DNA of 64,000 nucleotides from Eledone cirrhosa (lineage: Eukaryota). Location: the NCBI GenBank assembly GCA_964016885.1, contig OZ024749.1:40982001-41046000 (forward strand), given 5' to 3'. The translations under genes and the position numbers were made by a program. The notes under the pieces were generated by a model. The model was not told the origin of the DNA. It ran no database searches and saw only the letters and a list, made by a program, of their open reading frames with translations. Of this stretch, positions 52,880 to 64,000 are shown one piece after another; position 1 is the stretch's first letter, and each line of letters begins with the position of its first letter.

Positions 52880-54130
52880 TATTAAGCACTTTAATTTTCG
52901 CTAAGTTTACTCTTAGTCCTTTATATTCCAAATTCTGTTTCCATAGTTGGAACTTATTCTTTACTTCTTTTATGGATTCAGCTATAAGGACCAGATCATC
53001 TACATAGAGAAATTCCCGGTGAACAGCCAGTCTTAAACTCCTCTGTTATGACTTGGAGAACTATGATGAACAATAGTGGGCTGAGAACCGAACCCTGATA
53101 AACTCTACCTCTACCTTGAATTCCTCACTGAACTCACATTCTACTCTCACTTTACTGACAATATCTCTGTACATGACTTGCACTGCTCTCACAAGCAGTT
53201 CTTCTATACCTAATTTTCAGATTGAGGTACTCTGTCAAAGGCCTTTTCTAGATCAACAAAAACTAAATTTAGCAGCTTATTCTTGGCTAGGAACTTCTCT
53301 TGTAGTTGCCTTACTAAAAAGAGGGCACCTGTTGTACTTTTCCCAGGCAAGAAACCAAACTGCATCTTGTCTAATTGACTCTTTTCCTAATTAGCTGTGC
53401 TGGAACTTTTTCCATGACTTTCATAACTTGATCCATCAGTTTTATTCCTCTATAGTTGTTCCTTTCTAGAGCATCCCTTTTACCTTTTAGCAATTTATGA
53501 TTGTATTGCTACACCAGTCATTGGGTATGACTCTGTTCTGAATTACTTGATCGACTATGCTCAAAACATCGGGAAAAGTAGGAGTCAAACTATCTCTAAC
53601 TGTCCCACAGTTTTACTATTCTTCATCTCTTTGATTGCTACATTGACCTTATAACTATCAATTTCAAGAGCTGGTCCTTCAGTTGGGTAAATTCAGAGTA
53701 GCCTCTCTTCCTCTCAGTCATTCTTTACATTCATCACCCCCTCATAGAAATGTTTCCAAGTCTCTTTCTTTTGAGCACCAGCAATGTTAAGTGTCCCAGA
53801 AGCATTTCTAACATACTTTTCCCCAACAACATCCTGATTCACACTGACACACTGTGCTGCAATGCAGAATACTTTACATCTCTGATCCTCACATCGCATG
53901 ACATTGGCAAACTTTCTTTCTTCAGCCTCTTCCTGAGCTATGTATACCTGCCATCTAGCTTCTCTCTTAGCTACCTGGTACTGGTCTCTGCCATCTCCAT
54001 TTTTCCAGTCTTTCCAGCCCTGTCCCTTGGCTTTAATGGCTCTCTCCATTGTGCTGTTCCACCACCAGGTTATCCTCTGTCTGGTTGGTGCTTTTCTCAT
54101 CAGTAGTTTGCCATAGGTTGTCAAGTCTCA
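52880..54130 (-). mobile_element. RTE-clade LINE reverse transcriptase fragment (decayed)
   Basis: Minus motifs TWWWNS, QGSVLSPLLFII, LYVDDLVLIA and WKQNLEYKGLRVN, with frameshifts. Confidence 0.9.
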
Positions 54131-54308
54131 TCAGTAGTTTGCATACACACACACACACACACAAATATGTAATATCTATCACTCTCTCTCTCTCTCTATA
54201 TATATATATATTTTTATTGTAGCACAATAAAGCAATGCAAATATCGGATATGTTGATTTAACACTTCACTGCTAGCAAGTGTTTTTTAAGCTTCATATCA
54301 TGTCTCAC

Positions 54309-54379
54309 TATTTTATCTGATGAGAACGCAAATGTCATCCCATGATGATATTTGCTTTTGAAATGCGCATAATAAAATA
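54309..54379 (+). ncRNA. Type I hammerhead ribozyme (family F), best-formed copy
   Basis: TATTTTAT-CTGATGA-GAACGCAAATGTCATC-ccat-GATGATATTTGCTTTT-GAAA-TGCGCA-TA-ATAAAATA. Confidence 0.88.
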
Positions 54380-54444
54380 CATGGAACTCTTTTAACCATC
54401 TTTTGATCTTATATTATATATATATATATATATATATAAAAGGA

Positions 54445-54826
<382 letters not shown>

Positions 54827-55134
54827 TGATAGATATTACATATCTATATGTACGCACACATATGTATGTGTGTGTACATACATATATATACATATATATA
54901 AATAAATGAATTGTGTTGGATAACAGTTTGAATACCAGCTGCAATGGCATCTTATATCACACACACATATACACACACACATATACACACACACATATAC
55001 ACATACATAAACACACATAAACTTATATATCAAGCGTTTCACTTTTGAAGTTCACATAAAAAATGATAAAATTGTGTGATATGATGACAGTTTCAATGAG
55101 ATCAGACATCCTGTGAAGAAGTGGGATGCAGCTC

Positions 55135-55690
55135 AATGGTATGGTGGTATGGTGGAGGTGATGGTATGGTGGTGTGGTGGTGGTGTGACGGTGGTATGGT
55201 GGTGGTGTGTTGGTATGATGGTGGTGTGGAGGCATGGTAGTGATTTGGTGGTGACATGGTGGTATGGTGGAGGTGATGGTATGGTGGTGTGGTGGTGGTG
55301 TGACGGTGGTATGGTGGTGGTGTGTTGGTATGATGGTGGTGTGGAGGCATGGTAGTGATATGGTGGTGCCATGGTGATATGGTGGTATGGTGGAGGTGAT
55401 GGTGTGGTGGTGTGGTGGTGGTGTGACGGTGGTATGGTGGTGGTGTGTTGGTATGATGGTGGTGTGGAGGCATGGTAGTGATATGGTGGTGCCATGGTGG
55501 TATGGTGGAGGTGATGGTGTGGTGGTGTGGTGGTGGTGTGACGGTGGTATGGTGGTGGTGTGTTGGTATGATGGTGGTGTGGAGGCATGGTAGTGATATG
55601 GTGGTGTGATGGTGATATGGTGGTATGGTGCTATAGTGGTGGTGTGGGAGTGATAGGGTGGTGTGGTGTAATGATAGTATGGTGGTTGGT
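55135..55690. repeat. (TGG)n-derived higher-order repeat (about 110-125-bp units)
   Basis: Recurring GTGACGGTGGTATGGTGGTGGTGTGTTGGTATGATGG. Confidence 0.85.
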
Positions 55691-56096
55691 GTGCGGAGAG
55701 GTGGAGCTTCACAATAGGGTAGAGTACATGCTACCTTGACCCCCTCCTCCATCTCCCACCCCCATCTCCCCACCCTCATCTCTCAGTGATGCTAAGATAG
55801 TTGAGAATTGAATTACATTATATAGTGTCAACATTAGCGTTATTGTTAATATTGGTTTTTAATTTAGGCACAAGGCCAGCAATTTGGGGGAAGGAGAAGG
55901 TCGATTATATCGACCCCAGTACTTAACTGGTACTTTATTTTATTAACCCCTGGAAGGATGAAAGGTAAAGTTGACCCTGACAGGATTTGATCTCAGTATG
56001 TAAAAGTCGTAACAGAATACCAAAAAGCATTTGGTGTGACGCTCTACCAATTCTGCCAATAGAGCATCCTATTGTTACTATTAATATTGCAAATTA

Positions 56097-56285
56097 GGGT
56101 GGTGGATTGGCCGTATCGGTAGAGGGTTGGACGCCATGCTTTCCAGCATAGAGTTACGTCCCTTTACGGTCTGAGTTCAAATCCCGCCGAGGTTAACTTT
56201 GCCTTTCATCCTTACGGGGTCGATAACACAAAGAGCCGGTAATGCACTGGGATAATTGCTGGCCTTCTGACAAAAGTAGAAACAA
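56097..56285 (+). mobile_element. Full-length S1 SINE with duplication ACTATTAATATTGCAAAT; a related copy lies in opposite orientation at 55850-56060
   Basis: A/B boxes and target-site duplication seen directly. Confidence 0.85.
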
Positions 56286-56955
56286 CTATTAATATTGCAA
56301 ATAGAGGCAATGCCAGTCTGTGATGACACGTTCAACACTTGCTAGTAGGCAAACTGGACACTAAGCAATGATGATGATGATGATGAGGGCGTTGTTCTCA
56401 ACTAACTCTGTCTCATGTCTTGCCTTGATCCATCTACTTCGAGCATTCGGTACTTGGTACTTCTTCAAATAACTTTCACTCTTTTTTTTTGTGCATCACA
56501 TGGCCATACCAATGTAATCTTCTTTCTTGCCTGCAGCATTTAATTCCTCTTATACTCAGTTTTTCACTCTGTTCAACTGTGCTCCATCATTCAAACACAC
56601 TAACATTACCTATACAATGGAACACGCTTGCTTCATTTTTCTCTAGACTTTACACATCTTTATATAACTCTTGCTCTCCTCATACATCATATATTCATAA
56701 CAAAACTAATATATATATCATCATCAACATTTAATGTCTATTTTCCACACTAGATGAGTTGTCCCATTGTGAAACAAGTCAGATCATACAGTACTGTTTC
56801 TGACTTGGTTTCTATATGGATGGATACCCTTCCTAATGTTAACCACATCTACAGGGTAGACTGGGCACATATCTGTTGTGTCACCAGCATGTATATATAT
56901 ATTTATATATACAAATGTATATATATATATTATATGTATGTATATGTATGCATAA

Positions 56956-56988
<33 letters not shown>

Positions 56989-57572
56989 GACACACACATA
57001 CATACACACCACATCTACTCACATATGATATATAATCTGCCAAAGATGAAATTGTGTCAGCTCTCCTGTATGTAATGTTCAAAGTCACTAACCTCTATTT
57101 TATCATCAAATTTTAACTTTATTTTTATTTTACTTTACTTCACATAATCTATATTTTATTTATTGTATATAAACATTTTTGTTTATATAATACATTTTGT
57201 TTTTGTTTATTATTATTTGTTATATATTTTTATTTGCAAGTTTTCAAGGTTTCAGTAAATTACACTAAGTTTGTTTTAGAGATTTACCACAAAGATGTGA
57301 CTTTATGTATATGTGATTCTGTGTGTGTATGTGTGTGTCTGTCTGTCTGTGCATAATTACAATTGTAGGGCATGTTTGTGTATATAATTATGTGTCAGTG
57401 TATGTGTGCATGTGTGCGTGTACACATGTGCATGTGTCTCTGTGCTACTGTTTTTGCATCAACAGTAGTACATATGAATATAAATATATATAAATGTATG
57501 TATATAATTATGTGTCTGTGCATGTGTGTGTGGCTCTGTTCTGCTGTTGCATCAATAGTATATATGTGTGTG

Positions 57573-57603
<31 letters not shown>

Positions 57604-57724
57604 ATGTATATATATATATATATACATACATACAGAACCTGGCCACTGAAACGTCCATAGTGTCTGCAGTAATAAAAAAAATTAAAGAAATTCAACATAT
57701 TTGGCCTCCTATCATTTCACTTTA

Positions 57725-59910
<2,186 letters not shown>

Positions 59911-60092
59911 CATTCATTCGTTTTATATATATATAGAATGTGTACCATTTTTCTGCAATACCACCGCCTCAGTCTCATCTGGAATGCAGAGAATTTTTAA
60001 CATAATTTTAAATATTTATTTTATTTTATCTTTTTGAAAAATATTCTTGATACACTCTCATCAAATTTGACATTTTGAAAGATAATAACAAT

Positions 60093-60277
60093 AATTGTTT
60101 CTACTTTTGGCACAAGGCCAGCAATTACCCAGTGTATTACTGGTACTTTATTTTATCGACCCCATAAGGATGAAAGGCAAAGTTAACCTCGGCGGGATTT
60201 GAACTCAGAATGGCAAGGGCCGTAACTCTATGCGTCAAAGCATGGCGTCCGACCCTCTACCGATACTGCCAATCCAC
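60093..60277 (-). mobile_element. S1 SINE
   Basis: Near-identical to 6390-6577. Confidence 0.85.
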
Positions 60278-61057
60278 TAATGATTGCCAACTTCTGAACA
60301 AGGACATCCATTTTATGATAGAAAGAGAGAGGGAGAGGGAGAGGGAGAGAGAGAGAGAGAGAACCAGTAGCCACTTGAGCACATCAGGACCCAGGATGGA
60401 TTAGGCTTAAAGAAGATCACTGTCTGAAAGTTTAATCGAAGCTGTTGCATATTCTTTATGGGATAAAAGAAAATGTAATTTAAAGCCCTTTAAATATCAC
60501 TAAATATGGGACCCTAACTATGTTCTAGTCATCCTTGCCATCCAACTTAACTATGTTCAGCGTATCACTGGTAATTGTATGAACTGGACTGTAGTAGAAG
60601 AGCATTTCTGGCCATTTGTCAACCACGGACTGTATTAGAAGAGACTTAGAGGGTATTGGTCAGTCCAGGACTGTTATAAAAGACACTTTGCATTGGTTAA
60701 CCAGGGACTGTAGAAAACACTTACAGGGAATTTGTCAAACTGGGTCTTGCAAAAGGTGCCATACGGTGGAATTGAACCTGAAATCATGTGGTTTTGAAGT
60801 GAACTTTTTAGCCACATTGCCTGCATCTGTTTGAAATCAATGTATATACATGTATATGTATATATATATATATAGATCAGAGCAAACATCACGGACGCTC
60901 TATCTCAAAATTATTTTTGAAAAGCATTAGAAATGCGCAACCGGTAAAACTAAAAACCAAAACTGAATACTAACCAATACTATTACTAATTCTCACTTAT
61001 TCCTAATTAAACTATTTTTCACTGTGAACAATTTGTCAGCATTTTCTATTCTGTTTA

Positions 61058-61131
<74 letters not shown>

Positions 61132-61286
61132 TACATACATATATATATATATATAAATGAAAGGTATAGAAAGTATTGTAGCAAGAAGCCAACAGTATTC
61201 CATAATATATAAGTGACTATAGCGTCAAAATGGGAAAATAGTTAACGTAAGATGTGGGAATATATATATGTGTCTGTGTGTATGTG

Positions 61287-61318
<32 letters not shown>

Positions 61319-63406
61319 TACACACTTCCTTTAAAACAAAAATCCTGAATTGAATAAGAATTTCCAATTAATTCCAGTTTAGTCCAAATGTACTGTTTTT
61401 GATTTCACTCTCCCCACTACTACTCCACACACATACACAGAGAGCCCCATCCCAGTCACCCCCCCATTCCCATTCCTCACTCACACCCCCAAAACTTGGC
61501 CCTCTTTGGTGCCAACTGGTTTATTGCTTCTCTTAGTTCTAAATATATTTTGGCAAACCAATCAATATTGTACGACCTCTGATGTTGGTGACTTACAGCT
61601 TGTACTGGCAACATGGTTTCTCCTGTACATGGTTCTTCCTTGTCCACAGTGCTAGTAGTGGTAGTGGTAGTAGTAGTGGTGGTAGTAGTGGTAGTGGTAG
61701 TAGTAGTGGTGGTGGTGGTAGTAATGGTAGTGGTAGTAGTGGTAGTGGTAGTGGTAGTAGTAATAGTGGTGTTGGTGATGGTAGCAATGGTAGTAATAGT
61801 AGTAGTGGTAGTAGTAGTACGAGTAGAAGTAGTAGAGGTAGTTGTAGCAGTAGTGGTAATGATGGTAGTAGCAATGGTAATATTAGAAGTAGTAGTCATA
61901 GCAGTAGTAGTAGTAGCAGTAGTAGTGGTAGTAATAGTCGCAGTAGTATTAATAGTAGTAGTAGTAGTACCAGTAGTTACAGCAGCAAGAGTAACAGCAA
62001 CAGCAGTAGTATTAGCAGTAGTATTGGTTGTTGTTGTTAGTATTGGTCAGTACTGGATTTACATCTGGGCTAAGTAGGCCGCAATCTGGAACCTCATAGT
62101 CCAGATGGCCCTATCCTGTTCTGTTAATTCAAATGTTTATAGTAACTTTACTGATCAACAGATTATGAAAATATTATGAAAGTATTACCAGGGCAGAGGG
62201 ATTTGGTCAATTTAGTTGTAAGTGATTAGTTTAGCCGTCAAATATCAACCAAGATATAAAAAACTTTGATATGCGAAAAACATAACATATACATAAATTG
62301 TAGTGCATATACAAATAGATATGTGTTTTGGGAGTTTAGGGAGAAAAATATAATTATTGAGGGAGCCATGGCCTCCCTGTCACCCCTCCCCCCACTCCAG
62401 TTCCATTGCCCCTGTATTAGAGAAGATAACTTTGATAGGTTTCGGCCAGTATTGGCCCAAGCAACGTTTAACTTAATAGTACCACCACTTTAATTTTTTA
62501 ATGTGATGCAGTCATAGTAATAATTGTTTCTACGTTAGGCACAAGGCCAGCAATTACACAGTGCATTACTGGTACTTTATTCTATCGACCCCAGAAGGAT
62601 GAAAGGCAAATAATATAATATAATAATGAAATTATTGTGTACAGTGCTCAGGTGCACTACAACATGTTTTGTACTTTTCAAGAATGTCTTGCTTATGTGG
62701 TACAAGATGTTAAGAGTTCATTATTTATCTACATATTTCAAAGTTTATATTGTTTTTGAAGTCTTCTCAGCAACTTAGCAGTCTTCAGGGGATCTGGTTG
62801 ATCATGTCAACTACAATACTTTTTTTTCCATGTTTGGTACTTATTTTATCGATCTATGTTTGTTGAACTGCTAAGTTACAGGGCTTAAAAGATGGACTCA
62901 GATACATATATATTCACATACATACATATACATGCACATACATTTCTACATATATACATACATGTATGCATACATACATGCATGCATACATACATGCACA
63001 CATGTGCACATACGTACATTCATGCATATACATGCATACATTCATGCATATACATGCATACATTCATGCATATACATGCATACATACACACATGATGATC
63101 GCTGCAACTCGATTTCAAGTAATTCCATTGCTTGATACTTAAGTATGAGTATCACAAATGTGGCTAAGGACTTGCCTATAACCAGCAACATCATACATCA
63201 CAAAATATGTCACATATCAAGCAATACCTGTGCCTGAAGCTTTTTTAAGTGAGGAAAGACTTTGCACGGGGCCAATCCCACTCTCTAAATGTCGAATGCA
63301 TTTGCCCAAAAAGAAGAACTGGTCTACATCATTGGATACAAACGAAGTTGCAGGTTTTATATCAGTGTCCTTATCTTAGAGATATGTCTTAATACATACA
63401 TCTACG

Positions 63407-63525
63407 CAGAGTGGCCCAAAAGTGACGAGACAATTTCAAGATATAACTTTTTTACAATTGATTTTTTTCAATTAAAAAGGGTTTATTATATTTTGAAACT
63501 GGCTAGTGACTTTTGGGCCACTCTG
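63407..63525. mobile_element. Tc1/mariner-type MITE
   Basis: TIRs CAGAGTGGCCCAAAAGT / ACTTTTGGGCCACTCTG. Confidence 0.75.
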
Positions 63526-64000
63526 TGTCTATTTAATGTGTTTTTAATAGTTTAATGAGTAAATAAATGTACGCATGTTTAAAATATCAAATTTAGTTGA
63601 AGAGGGGGAAGGAGGGTGCAGGAGAAGTTGAAGCGGAGTGAAAGATGGTGAAAATGATACTGAAGATAATAAAGGTGATAGCAATTACAATGGCAACTGC
63701 AATGATGATAAATTGATGACAATGGTGATGATGATGGTGGTGGTGATGATGATTGATGATGCTGGCAATGATGGTGGTGATGATAATGGTGGTTGTGATG
63801 ATGATGATGATGGTTGTGATGATGATCGTAATGATGATGGTGATGAGGATGATAATGATAATGGTGATAATGGTGATTATGATGATGATTGTCACGAGGA
63901 TTATGATAGTGATGAGGATGATGATGATGATGATGATAATAGTGGTGGTGATGATGATTGGTGATGACTGATGCTGATAATGGTAAGGATAATTGTTATG

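Noticed and set aside
60910-60950. Hammerhead-shaped motif TTGAAAA-GCAT/ATGC-GCAA-CCGG-TA
   Set aside because: Three core substitutions; may be a fossil but cannot be supported alone.

Overview
AT-rich, microsatellite-saturated animal genomic DNA. The repeat content (tRNA-derived CORE-type SINEs, a second tRNA-SINE family, RTE, L1/Tx1, R4-like and Penelope retroelement relics, Tc1/mariner and TTAA-type MITEs, very long (TA)n, (CA)n, (CCA)n and (GATA)n tracts) looks like a coleoid cephalopod, probably octopus; this is inference from repeat style, not a database match. I cannot recognise any host protein-coding gene: nearly all listed ORFs are translated microsatellites, and the rest are decayed transposon fragments. 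The window is probably intronic or intergenic, with at most two weak candidate minus-strand exons. The most striking signal is a dense set of short (about 100-400 bp) non-coding elements, mostly embedded in (TA)n tracts. About ten of them carry intact type-I hammerhead ribozyme cores (CUGANGA-stem II-GAAA-short, often palindromic stem III-UH) with covarying stems, and several more carry degenerate cores. Many of these elements also have fold-back inverted repeats whose arms match each other better than they match sister copies. One hammerhead abuts a Penelope-type GIY-YIG endonuclease fragment. Together this points to several non-autonomous Penelope-dependent, retrozyme-like families. All structures were folded and aligned by eye and need computational confirmation.
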